DNA from: Jimgerdemannia flammicorona
Lineage: Eukaryota
Direction: 5' to 3'
Assembly: GCA_003990765.1 (NCBI GenBank)
Contig: RBNJ01000355.1
Span: forward strand, 1 to 32,306
DNA: 32,306 bases
The position numbers were made by a program, and so were the translations under genes. A model generated the notes under the pieces. The model ran no database searches and was not told the DNA's origin. It saw only the letters and a list, made by a program, of their open reading frames with translations. Every line of letters begins with the position of its first letter. Within the stretch, counting starts at the first letter, position 1. Of the stretch, positions 1-11,934 are shown in pieces.

Positions 1-10
1 AAAAAAAAAA

Positions 11-300
11 GGTATCAGGTAGTGCTAATTTGTAGAATATTGAAGAGACTTGTATGTTGACTTCAAATGGTCCAATGAACTTGTTGTTAAGATTTATAGA
101 GGGTGTAGGCTTGAGGTTATCAACTTAGTATCCTTAGATATCTAATAGAACTTTTTCTTTGATATTAAAAGTTTCTTCTTAGCAATACTGGTTGACATAT
201 TGTAATTGTTGCTCTTGTCCTCAAGATAAATTCTCAATTGCAGTCTGGCTTAAGTTGTATATTCAGAGTAGGAATTCTTCAATAGCTTCAATAGTAGTCT
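11..300 (-). pseudogene. Ty3/Gypsy integrase C-terminal (GPF/Y) fragment, degenerate
   Basis: Minus strand translates as QYVNQYC*EETFNIKEKVLLDI*...NLNNKFIGPFEVNIQVSSIFYKLALP. This matches the F..G..V.L / KL..KF.GPF.V......YKL.LP signature of the Ty3/Gypsy integrase C-terminus. It is in the opposite orientation to the adjacent element. The right boundary is approximate. Confidence 0.8.
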
Positions 301-1572
301 CTTATTAGTATAAATTCCCTCTCTCTCTGACCTCAGAAACTCAGACTCAAACAATCTTAATTTCCTGAACACTTCCCAACACCAATATCTCTTTACAAAT
401 TACTCCCTAGTATTAGCCAATAGTAATATCATAAATAGAAATAAACTTATTTAATAACCAACAAACTACTCTTAAGTAAACCTATACTATATTAGATCTC
501 ACTCCTAGCTAGATCTCAAAATTTCCTAATTTGTGATTGTCTGCAGTAATATGCCAATTCAACTAAGCTGGTCTTAGATTCTTATTTCTGAATTAAGGAA
601 AATCCTGAACTTTCAGAATAGGTCTGAAAAAGGACCTTAGTTAAGACATTAACCCAATCTTAAAATTAATAATTACAGAGGATATATACAATATAAAATT
701 GATCTTGACCTTAAGAAAATGATCTTCTAGAATATCAAAAATACTTCCAGAACTATATAATGATACATTAATAAAGTACTCTCTTATATTCCTAAGGTAC
801 TAAAGAAGTATCAAGCATATTATGTATCATTATCTCAAGATAAGAAACATATCAGAAAAAAGTCTTTTAGCTTACAAGATACCAGTGTCAAAAGGTCTTC
901 TGCTCTTTCTGAGACAACTGCTATCAGTACTATTTAATGAACTAGCAAGAAAGATAGAGAAACTGTAGACTAGGATCTCTAATCATAATTATACAGACAA
1001 TTAACTTTTAAAAAATCACTACAATCTTAAAAAGATGAGCCAATAGATAAAGTCACTTCATCTAAACAGAAGTATAGCTTTTAGCCATACTTTTTTCAAC
1101 TTATAATAAGGATGGATTTGATTTATAAGACAGTAAGAAGTCAATAACTAAAAATTGCAATTTCAAATAATGGGATATTATAATTAGAGAGAACACTCAG
1201 ACTCCCAAGATACTCTATATCAGAAAATTCATCTCAGTCAATATATTATCATCTATACACTTAAGTAAGGAGATGATATTGCTTAAATCTGAAGAAATTA
1301 GGCCAAGAAATCAAAGAAGAATACTTTTAAGATCTATAATCTAAGAAATGATATTCTAACTCTCATCAGATATAAAACCCATCAAGATTAAATAGTGGAT
1401 ACAATCAACTGTAAGCTCTAGATTCTATAGAAAAAAGAGGAATAAATTATCTCTAAGACCCCTCTACTGAGCTAGATGGCTATATTTCAACCTTAGAGTA
1501 TAGAGGCTTACATCCACTAGAGCTTTAGTCCAAGGATAACTCAAACTCATTACAGATGTTGCCCAGTACATA

Positions 1573-1968
1573 TTGCTATATCTCAGGGCCAAACCTCTAA
1601 CAAAAACTTACTAGGAAGATATAAGATATAATCTTTACAGTCTTAGAGTTAAATCTATTTAGCCAGAAAGAACAATAGTGCTTAGTACAAAACTAGCTAT
1701 CCAGTCACCCAAAGAAACTTCTATTCAACTAACTTCAAGGTTTAGACTCACTAAATAAGAAATAACTGTAGAAGGAGAAATAATATACTTTAGATATATA
1801 GGCAAAATCAGAGTTATACTGAACAATAGTAGTACTAAATAGAAATAAATCTACAAAGGGCAAAAGATTGTATAAGCAATCTTCATAAAGGTCAAGATTT
1901 CCAAACTATAAGAAGTCTCCAAACTAACTCAAGGTATAAGAAAAATTGAAGGATTTAAAAACTCAAAT
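1573..1968 (+). pseudogene. dut: dUTPase domain of Gypsy-1 (decayed)
   Basis: AKPLTKTY*EDIRYNLYS...LAIQSPKETSIQLTSRFRLTK*EITVEGEIIYFRYIGKIRVILNN...KGQKIV*AIF...RKIEGFKNS. All five trimeric dUTPase motifs (AGYDL, SRSGLA, GVID.GY.GEI, G.RIAQ, R...GFGSS) are largely recoverable by reversing G>A/C>T changes. Confidence 0.85.
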
Positions 1969-2499
1969 AAGAAAGAAGTATATCTTCTTCAGATCAACCA
2001 TATTAAGAAAGATACTGTATACTACTATCTAGTCAAGCTATATAAGAATCTCATCCTAGAATCAGAAGAGCAGACTATCTTTAAAATCATTATACCATCT
2101 AATTCCAGATGCCTCTTCTTTGAACTCAATGAGGACCTTAAGGACTTGGATATAAGAAGATATATATTTCCTAATAAAATGAATCCTGTATACTCTCAAG
2201 CAACTAATGAAGGCTGAGAGAGCCTCATCTGCCAAAAGAAATTATCATAAATCATCTAATACTCTATCTCAATTTGATATATAGAGATGTTTATAAACTA
2301 AACCTTGGGAAATTGCAAAATATTCTAGAAGAAAGCAAAGTCCTTTCTGTAATCTAGAAGAAAGTAAAGGCTTTGATTAATATTAGAGAAGAATTGAGAC
2401 TTCAGCAATAATAGCAACTAGTAGAACTCTTTAATATAATATAAAGATATCTTTATCAAGGACAATAGCAATCTACAATATAATTTATTATATCACTAT

Positions 2500-3170
2500 A
2501 GTATAAATACAGAAAATACAACACCTATTTGGCAGAAGTCTTATAGAATACCCTATTATCTAAAGATATTTAAGAAGGAATACATTCAGGAACTCTTAGA
2601 CAATAAAGTTATCTGATCCTCTACTAGCTTCTGGACCAGCTCTATACTTATTGTATCTAAGAAAAGAGAATGGAGACTCTGTAAAAATTACAGAAAGCTC
2701 AACTTAGTTAGTGAAAAGATACCTATCCCTTACTTAGAACTGATGATCTCCTAGACTAATTATAAGATATTAGATACTTCAGCAGTATGGATCTCTTTAC
2801 TGGATTCTATAAAATCTATATAAACTTCATGAATATTCAAAAAACCACTTTTCTTACCCAAGAAAAATTATTTGAATATCTCTGAATGCTCTTTAAATTC
2901 TGCAATATACCTCTCATCTTCCAGAGAATAATGAACTCAATCTACAGCCCACTGATTTACTACTGTCTGATTGTATATATAGATGTTTCTAATATCTATC
3001 TGGTAAATTTCAAAGAATATCTGTCCTATCTATATTAATTCTTTCAACTCATATATAAGAACTACTTGAGACTCTATTCTAAGAGATATTATCTTGAAAA
3101 ACAGAAACTCAAATTCCTTAGATTTATAGTTTCTAAAGAAGAAATTCATACAGACTTAAAGAAAACCAAG
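2500..3170 (+). pseudogene. pol: Ty3/Gypsy reverse transcriptase (decayed)
   Basis: IQELLDNKVI*SSTSFWTSSILIVSKKREWRLCKNYRKLN, TYPLLRTDDLLD, FSSMDLFTGFY, FEYL*MLFKFCNIPLIFQR, LIVYIDV (YIDD motif), KFLRFIVS. Confidence 0.92.
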
Positions 3171-3189
3171 AAGACCAACAACCAGCCTA

Positions 3190-4190
3190 CAGCTAAGACT
3201 TAAAAGAAAGTACTGTCATTCCTGGTACTAGTATTCTACTATAAAAGATTTATTAAGAAGTTTGACCAAATTGCTGCCCCAATTAGAATCCTTCTCAAGA
3301 AAAGAGTGCTCTATAAATAGATAGAACCACTAGAATTAGTCTTTGGAAAACTTAAGTTCTGCATAACTATAGTACTAATCCTTATATGACCCAACTTACA
3401 AAAGCCATTCATCTTGTATATAGATATCTCTAAAGATGACCTTTGAGTAGTTTTAGTCCAAGAAGAATCTGACCAATAGTACTCTATGATAGCTAATATA
3501 AGCAGAGCTACTAATTAGCAATAAACCAATTATAGTAGTATTAAACTAGAATACCTTATAGTTATATAGCTAGTTACTCTGTTCAAACACTATCTTATTA
3601 GAAAAAGGTTCACTCAGATAACTAACTATATAGCTCTCAAATAGCTATTTAACTACTGGAATTCTTGCCAACTAGATCCTTATCCTATAGAATTACAAAA
3701 TCACTATTATCTACAAATAGTGCTCCCAAACAAATTGAATCAATTCAAATCGAATCGAATTGAGGGTCATTTGAATCGAATCAAATTGGGGATTTTTCAA
3801 TTCAAATTGAGTTTGAATCAAATTGAATTCAAATCAAATTGAGGGTCCAATTTGAAACCTATTTTTAGAAATGTACATAATAACTCGACAAATATATGTC
3901 TAAATTCAATGATCTTTAGCTTTTTAGATTCCCCTATATAATAGGAATCTAACATATTAAAGATCATTGAATTTGGATGTGTATTCGTCAAGATATTTAA
4001 TTTCTAAAAATAGAGTTTGAATCAGACCTCAAATCAAATTGGACCTCAATTCAAATTGATTCAAATCGAATTGGGCCTCAATTTGATTTGAAGTTTTCAA
4101 ATCGAATCGAATTTGAGTCAATTCCATTCATTGGAAGTACTATCTACAAAGCTGGAAAAGCTCACCACAATATTGATATACTTTTATACC
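3190..4190 (+). pseudogene. pol: Ty3/Gypsy connection/RNase H (decayed), split by a MITE
   Basis: SFLVLVFYYKRFIKKF, KPFILYIDIS, NYSSIKLEYL, KHYLIRKRF..ITNYIALK*L. The reading ...NYKITIIYK resumes after the MITE as YKAGKAHHNIDIL (equivalent to Y.PGK.N..ADALSR). Confidence 0.85.
3718..4142. mobile_element. 425-bp non-autonomous foldback MITE, hAT-like
   Basis: Perfect 8-bp TSD tctacaaa (3710-3717 and 4143-4150). Termini tagtgctcccaa...ttggaagtacta form imperfect TIRs starting TAGT. Subterminal arrays of aatcg/aattg/aatca pentamers on both arms and a central palindrome near 3900-3975. Removing it restores the RNase H frame. Confidence 0.9.
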
Positions 4191-4299
4191 AACTCCAATA
4201 AACCAGAAAAAGAGTGTGCTGAGGAATCACACTTTAAAGGAAATTTCCATAGATATCAAAGTACAAAAAGTTCTTATCTGAAAAGAACACCAGAAAGCT

Positions 4300-5735
4300 T
4301 ATCAAGAATAGATAAAAATAGAAGAAAGCTATAAATAATATATCAATACTGGTCCTATCTCAAAATACAAGTTAAAGACATACTCAAAAAATGTGATATC
4401 TATCAGAAGTATCAAGAAAAGAAGTACTATTAAGTACTACTATGTATAATCAATCATGCTATCAGACAACATCTTCCAGAGATAGAGAGTAGATGTTAAT
4501 AAACCTCTATCAGTTATACTAAGAAGGAATAAATATATTCTAGTATTTATAAAACATCTAACTAAATTGTCTGAAGCTTTTTTAATAAAGATTTCTAATG
4601 CTCTCACCTTTGTTAGGCTACTTTATAGTCTTATACTCAGATATAAATCTCTAGAAAAATTTATTTCTAACTAGAGTATAGAATTCATTAATTACAGATT
4701 CATAAGATAAGTTATGATCAAATTTACAATATCTACCTGAAATACACCACAACATATGACTCTCAAACCAATAGTATGATAGAACAAATATATAAACTAA
4801 AGAGGTAGTATAGATCCTAGAACATTGGTAAGGGAGTATGAGGTCTTGGGGGACTTTTGGAAGATGATTGAGGGCTGGCTTGGGATATATCTTTCTAGAT
4901 AACAGAGGGGTGGTGGGCTGTCCTTTAGGTATAGTTCATGAGAGGAGTGGATAATGAGTAATTGATAGTCAGGTTGGCTCTGGCTGTTTGGATTGAGCTT
5001 ACTAGATATTAGAAGTATATATTTGAGAGTAGTCAGAAGTTAATACTTAGGGTACAGATAGTGAGGTAGAAGTGGTTGATGTTAGAGCTTCTGAATGGGT
5101 AGTAGCAGAAGTGAAGACCTGGAGGGGGTCTTTGTTGTAGGCTTGTAGAGACAATTTATATGTAGATAGAGGGAGGGTCAGAGTGTCCAGAGGGGTGATT
5201 TCCTTCCAGAGAGGTGGAGGGGGAGGGAAGAACCCTCTGTGAGATTGGGTGATAGGGCTATTTTGTATTATTTATAATATAGAAGGGTTGGTAATAAATG
5301 CAGAAGTCAAAGAGACTATCAAAACAAAAAGTAAAAAAAAAAAGAACAAATGAACTAAACTATTAAGATGAGACTTATTTGAGTCAACTCTATTAACTGA
5401 GACATCCTATGGGAAATTCAGTATACTTCTACCACCTCTATTAAATAAAAACTATTTAAGATAATGTTTGCCAAAAAGACCAGAACTACTGATCATGAGA
5501 ACTTCAGAGATCTTCTAAAGAAGCCCAAACTCAGATAATTATGGTTCAAAAAAAGACAAAAGAAGTATTATAACTAGAAGCAGAAGGATCAGAAGATCAA
5601 GATTAGAGATCAGGTATTAGTTTAGAGAAGTATAATAGAAATAAACTTTGCTTCAAAATTAGAATCTAAATGAGAAGAATCTTATCTTATATATAATATT
5701 ATAGGAACTAGCATCTATTTAAGAAGTATAGATAG
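4300..5735 (+). pseudogene. pol: Ty3/Gypsy integrase (decayed), split by LINE fragment D
   Basis: YWSYLKIQVKDILKKCDIYQ (zinc-binding end), VDVNKPL...RNKYILVFIKHLTK, TTTYDSQTNSMIE, continuing after the insertion as EQMN*TIK, and KLESK*EESYLI (KL..KW.GPY). Confidence 0.85.
4800..5342 (+). mobile_element. 5'-truncated L1-clade LINE fragment (copy D) with decayed poly(A)
   Basis: G-rich insert homologous to the 3' ends of LINEs A-C (gtagtatagatcctagaacattggt matches the PEHW zinc-knuckle region). It ends aataaa...gaagtcaaagagactat followed by an interrupted A tail. Degenerate TSD agaacaaat..taaacta at 4781-4799 and 5343-5362. Confidence 0.85.
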
Positions 5736-5808
5736 ATGCACCCTAAGGACTCTGGTATATATCACTTATCTCAAGATATATCTACTATCTAAATAATGAT
5801 CCAGAAGA

Positions 5809-6312
5809 TTGATCAGTGTCTCTAGATCCTTGTCCTCAGTTCCTTCTAAGCTCTACCAGTTCTCTTATCTTAGTTCAAAGAAACTAATGGGACCCACCTT
5901 CAATAGATCTAGATATATATATCAAAAAAACCTTATTTTGGCAGAACACCTACTACAGATTCACCAACTTCAGATCTACAATATAATTTGCCAACTACTT
6001 CAAACCCTTTTGGTCTCAGAACAGACCTATATCTATAATATCACTGGTCTGTTCTGAAGAAACACTATCACTGTAGACAGACTCTATATAATTTATAAAT
6101 AAAATATTACCTTACTGACCCAGGTCTAGTTCTCTCAAAATGACTTCTAAAGAATGACTTTGTTCATCTACTAGAATATTATCAATCATATTGAAGTTCT
6201 GTTTCTTAAAGAAGAAGAAAAGTCTCTAGAATAGAGTAATTCAGATATTAAAGAAGAAGATGATATAAGTATAGATATAGTAGATAGTTATAGATATTAC
6301 AATAATGACTAA
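5809..6312 (+). pseudogene. Possible decayed accessory ORF 3' of the Gypsy-1 integrase, with acidic C-terminus
   Basis: Frame 1 stays protein-like from the 82-aa ORF through ...IEVLFLKEEEKSLE*SNSDIKEEDD...NND*, interrupted by stops that single transitions could explain. No family recognised. Confidence 0.35.
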
Positions 6313-6331
6313 AGAATAGTCTAGAGACTAG

Positions 6332-6555
6332 TGTGGTCTGATATAATAAGTAAATAACATAGTATAGCCAGGTGATATAAATACTCAATATATTATATTA
6401 TATCTAGTTCACCATATAGACTACTACTCATAATTAGCTAAAGATACTAAATCAGATTTATTGATCTGTATCCTAAGAATATACCTGTTTCCATTAGACA
6501 TATCTATACATATATATGTACTAGATATAGTTGTACCTACCAGACATACCTGTAT
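6332..6555 (+). repeat. Candidate start of the Gypsy-1 3' LTR (continues at 24064 after the LINE block)
   Basis: TGTGG start follows a purine-rich tract (decayed PPT-like aaagaatagtctagagactag) just after the last coding remnant. The LINE A TSD shows that 6555 and 24064 were contiguous. No second LTR is available for confirmation. Confidence 0.35.
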
Positions 6556-6619
6556 TGTTTTTATTTTTATTTAATTTTTTTATAGTCACAAGGACTTCTA
6601 CTTTATTACCAAACTATCT

Positions 6620-9600
6620 ATTTTATACTAATGTAAATGAATTCCTCACTCAATCTCACAGAGAAGCTCCTCTCTCCATTTATCATTTCTCTAAAATATT
6701 GCTATCTCCTCTACTACTCCAATCCTCCCCCCACTCTTCCTACAAATTGTCTCCACTAATCACCTCCAATATTCCCTACTAGCACTCCACCCCCTCTACC
6801 ACCCATTCAACAAGTTCATCATCAGCCACTCCCATCTAGCAACTCTCACCCCCAGCATCAGCTGTTGACCCTCCTCAAATATATACAACTAATGTCTGGC
6901 AAGCCCAACCCAAATAGCCGGCACTCATCTCAAAGTCAGTCACTCATCCCACAACCTCTCCACCAGACTCCTCCAGAGGTCACCCCACCTCTCTCCCACC
7001 ATCGGCCCTGGTGGACACACTTTCAGCTACTTCTCAATCACTCCCCAAAAGTCATCCATTACCTCACACTCTCCTAACCAATGTTCAGGAGTCTGTACTA
7101 CTCCCCCCTCCTACCTGATGTTCAGACACTCATTACACTCCCAGGTACCTCCTTCTACCAAGTTATCTGACCAGTAGTTTAACATTACATTATACTGTAG
7201 AGGTCTCTACCATACTACCCAGAACTTGGGGTAAATCCAACTCATCACCTGCTTGCTCTACAACCAAATGCCATTTCAATCCCACTCTTCTCAAATCTCT
7301 ACCCCCTACCATACCTTAGACCACAGATCTCTTCTATGCTCAAAAAGACACTCCATGCCATCCTATAAGCTAAAGTCATCTACTGGTGCCCCCCCAACAG
7401 AAGGCAGTCCCACCTCTATATCTGGGGTCCCCAGTCCTCCTCCCCCTCATCACCCTGCCTTTGGAGACCAATATAATGAGCCCCATCAACCACCTCTCAT
7501 CTGAATCCTCTAAAGAATATCCTCTGACTCTCCTCCAAAGTCACCAGAGATAGAAGGCCCCCAGTCACACCATGGAGGGAGAACTGGACCTCCCATACCA
7601 TCTGCATAAGAGGAACCCACTCTCTGCCCCTCAACTCATGAGCTCACTTCAGCCACCATATCTATAAACAATGAGGATACTTGGAAAAATCCACCAGACC
7701 CAGTTCTCCTCAGTTCACTGGTATGATCAATACCTTCCAGCCAATCTGACTCCATTGCCCTACCCAAATCTAGATCTTTGCCATCTTCAAAAATCTCTTG
7801 ACCATCTATATCAGAAAGTTCAAGTGGTACCCCAGGTACCATAGCTTGGGCAACTAGTATATATTCAGCACTATCACTCTCTCTGCCAGAGATACGACCA
7901 CCCCACCCCAAGAAAGTACTTCCCCACTCTGCTAACCACTGCACCCACTATCTAAGAGGTAATAAGGAGCTATATACTGAAAGTAGATTCTCAGATAGTG
8001 AACAGTCTCTCTTGTAGAGATAATTGTTCCAATCATATCCCCACTTACTATCCCTCCTTCCAATACCAAAGTCTCACATTTATGCCAGTTGAGCTTAGCA
8101 CTCAAGTACTCTTCATACTACTTTACCACACCTTAGAGTACCACTATATCCCTGCTGATCTAACCTGATTACTATATCATCAGTGAAGCCACCCACCTTC
8201 CAATTAACCCCCAGAATGTCCAACCCCCCCAACTTTAACTAAATCCTATCCAAAAGAGGCTCTTGGGACAGTACATACAGGATCAGCAATAGTAGATCCC
8301 CCTGCAGCACTCTTCTGCCCAGAGAGAACAAAACCACCCTGTGCTTATTCACTAGAATTGCTGCCCAACTTTCTTCCAGCAGACTGACCAAGGCTGGACC
8401 CCTATATACTTTAGTACCCCTTCTAACCATACTCACCAGACCCTGTCCTAAGCCTTCTCCTGGTCCAGAAAAACCAGTCATCTATCTACCCCAGTAGTGT
8501 GAGCTCCTTCAATGACACCATGTACCTAGGCTGTCACATCTCTGATCAGATGTCTCCCTACAAATCTTCTCTGCTGAGCCCCCAGTACTTACTGAGTTAC
8601 TCCTTATAGCCTAGTCACAAGTATCTTTATAACCAGTCTGTGATCTATATCCAGAAGCATGATCAGTCTTCAGTTTTTCCACTTCTCTCTCCTTCTCTTA
8701 TTCATAAACAGCAGAGCCACAAGACCCAAGCCCTGTCCTCCAATCTATATCTCTGAGCTAATGACTTCATTGCACATCTCCATCATCTCCTCCAGAATCA
8801 GCTTGACTTTTGCTATCTTCTTCCAAAATCCCATAGTAAGCCATCTTCCCCTGATGCTATTTCTGAGCTTATATCTGCTGAATTACCTTCTCTTGGACAG
8901 GAGTGCTAAGTTCACCTAAGTTCTCTGCTAGATCAAAGTATCAGTCCTCCAGGTGTCTGTCAATGTCTAGTGCCTCTACCCCCCCTTCCTCCTTACTCCA
9001 TAATTGCCCCCACCATATACTCAACTGGTCCAAAATCTCTAGTATCCCAACAACCAACTCCCCTGCTTCATCTAATACTCCCTTCTATGTCTGCAATACT
9101 CTCCTCACCTACAGAAGTTATGATAAATACTTTATAGGTCTCTTCCTCTCCTCTAATCCCTACCATATCAGCTGGACCACCATGTTCTTTATCTGTAGGT
9201 CTTCCTCCTATCTCAGTAATTCCTTCAACACCTCTACTCTCAGCCTGATCTGCTGAGTTCTCCAATATCTCTCCTCACCATCATTTAGTAGATCTATCCA
9301 TAATGTTAACAATCTCACCAATCTCTAGAAGGTCTACCTCTCTTACTTTCTCTTCTGAGTACTATATGACCTTCCTGTCTTCCAATAGTACTGTTGCATA
9401 TCTGATTTCAATCTCCTCTAGTGATCCCTAATCACCAACCCCTTTACTCTCCAGTTAAGTATTTAGGAGCTAATGTCAATTACTCATATATTCTATAAGG
9501 AGACCTCCTTTAGCAATAAGATATTCAGGCACCAATGTCCAGGCCCCACCCTGCTTCCCCAAATTGCCCCTCTTCTAGAAGACCCCAGTGATCTGACCAC

Positions 9601-10266
9601 AGGTACTAAACAGTTTTCAAAGTTCTCTAAATATTGACTCTTCAGCATTCAGCAGTCAACATCCAGTCAATCCTCAAGTCCAACCCTGTCACCCAATAAG
9701 TACAGACAATACAATCTCCCCATCTAAGTCTCCCAGTATTCACTAATGAACTCAGATGTTCAACTTCCTTCCAGACTTCCACACTATCACTCCTACCAGC
9801 TATCATCTTCTCTTATCAGATCTGTCTATCTTCTCATCATATATCATATTAAAGTCCTCACCTAGACAGTCAATTCCTATCTCTACCAATGCTCCAGACT
9901 CTTGTAGCCCTTGAATCTATTCCACTCTCTCTCCTCTTTCCACTAGACAATAATATGATCCAATAGTCAAGAGTCTTCAGCCTGGTCTCTTTTAAACTCC
10001 TTACACACTCTGCTATCCCAATGTCCAATATTCCTAATATCCTCCTTGCTCTTTCTAACCAGAATGCCCACACACCTATACCATATAGCCACACTACCCC
10101 ATATCTTTGCCCAGTCTAGAGTATCTAAGTCTCCATTATAGCCAACTTCCTGTAGTAGGAACAAATCAGCATCCAGTCCCTTCAGCCAGCAGAAGATATT
10201 TCTATATCTCACTGCTCCTCATAGCCCATTGAAATTCAAAGAGAAGATTCTAGTTATATTATTTAT
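6620..10266 (-). pseudogene. LINE A ORF2 (AP endonuclease-RT-zinc knuckle), decayed
   Basis: Start ATG>ATA. RIFSLNFNGL*G...IFCWLKGLDADLFLLQE (APE), FLDQEKA, RVLQGDLL (QGDPLSP motif), FTDD (FADD), C-terminal PEHW..EC. Confidence 0.88.
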
Positions 10267-10289
10267 ATTGAATAATATTTATTAAAGAA

Positions 10290-11853
10290 TAGTTGTCCAC
10301 TCTATAATCCATACTCACTACATATATGTATCATCTGTAATATTCAGGTTCCTTTCTGCCTTACTCATCTGTCTCTCTCTGCTGAGCCTCGAATGCCTCT
10401 AAGATCTCCTGATAATCAGCACTATCCACTTCTTCTATATCTGTCCAGTACTTCTCATTCATTACCTACCACTTTGCCAGTCCCTTTCTTGGTCCCACAG
10501 ATATGAAGTTCAGTCATTCATAATTATCAGAAGTACTGCCTCTCTTTCATCATCTACTTGATATACCTCAGCTTCTAGCAAAGCTACCATTATCTTATCT
10601 CAGAGTTTCTGTGAGATCTCCTCATCTTGCAGGATTTCTCTCCAGTATCTCTTGCTGTATACCTGAAGTTCTCTCCCCCCAGCTCCTTAGCCACTATATT
10701 TGCCAGTGTTTTCCACAGCTATTTCTCCTCATCAACAGCTTCCTTCACTCTCTGGGCCACCCCCTTTCCCCCTTCCACCTGCTCTCTCTCTGCATTCATC
10801 CTTACTAACTCATCTTATTCCTCCTCTAGCAGATCCTGCAGTTTGTTATCTCCTCCAGCCCCTGCCAGCACTCTATACTGAGGGCACTCCTCCTCAACTA
10901 TCTCTTCATCTTCCACTACTGTACTCTGTTTGAAGCCCCCACTCTTCCCCAGGATCTCCTTTGGTACTGCTCCCTTCTCCCCTGTCCAGACCCAGATACT
11001 TACTCTCAACCCAACATCTTCAGCAGCAATTCCCCCCTCTACCCCCCCTCTCAACTTTGCCAACAGATCCTTCTGAATTCGCCTCTCCTGTACTCTTTCC
11101 CAGGCTGTCTGATCCAGTCACACCTTCTTGCTATATATGTATGATCTCTACTACCATCTTGGTCTCAAACTCTTTCCAGGTCAATCTCTTCTACTCAGCA
11201 GCCCCAGCCAGATCCTCTAATATCTCCAGCAAGTTCTCTTCTTCCTCTGGCATCTCTTTTACTCTCAAGGCCTTATACTCTACAGATCCCCATTTGAGGA
11301 CCACTGGCTAGTTTCTCACTTTCTCCATATTCTCATTGCCTGCCAGCTATACTCTGACATCTATGTCTCTTGTCCTGAACTCTATACCTTTCCATATCCA
11401 AAATCTAATATTCATGATATTTCCATACTTCTGGATGGCCTCTACAATCAACTCTCTGACCATCTCCTTCAATACTATAGGTATATCCACTACTATCAAC
11501 TGTACCACTTGGGGGTTCCTGTATAAGCACTGAGCCATAGGGATTGCCACCCTCCACTCACTACCACTTCCTTCTCCATTACTCCCAGCAGCACATCCTC
11601 TTTCTCAAAGCCCACCTCTACCCCTTTCAAATTCTTCAAAAATTTCACCAAGGCTGCTCCTTTCACCTCCTGGAAAAGAAGCCCTAGAATCATCCTCACA
11701 GTTATGACTAAGCCTCAGAAATACAATGTAATAGTAAATTCTGACCTTAATTTCTTGAGTAACAGAACTGCTATCAGGCCCATTATACTATCTACTAGAT
11801 CTCTGAGTCTCATGCCCACTCCATATCTAGATCCATTATCAACTATCACATCT

Positions 11854-11856
<3 letters not shown>
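10290..11856 (-). pseudogene. LINE A ORF1, central and C-terminal part
   Basis: RMILGLLFQEVKGAALVKFLKNLKGVEVGFE and NPQVVQLIVVDIP...YGNIMNIRFWIWKG are homologous to ORF1 of B and C. Confidence 0.8.
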
Positions 11857-11889
<33 letters not shown>

Positions 11890-11934
11890 GTTACTTGGAC
11901 TCCAACATTTATTATCAGTCTATTAATAAGTTTA

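Larger units (their letters stand above)
300..6555 (+). mobile_element. Degenerate dUTPase-bearing Ty3/Gypsy LTR retrotransposon (Gypsy-1); gag/protease not recognisable
   Basis: Collinear dUTPase, RT, RNase H and integrase remnants in Ty3/Gypsy order (RT-RH-IN). Very AT-rich, many stops, almost no CpG. The 300-1570 stretch looks like decayed coding sequence but I cannot assign it. Confidence 0.85.

Noticed and set aside
1..10. Poly(A) run as a retroposon tail
   Set aside because: It is truncated by the window edge, so it cannot be evaluated.
3718..4142. CRISPR-like or satellite array
   Set aside because: There is no repeat-spacer periodicity; the TIRs, palindromy and TSD identify a MITE.
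4113..4334. 73-aa ORF as a gene
   Set aside because: It spans the MITE end and decayed pol sequence, off-frame; a chance ORF.
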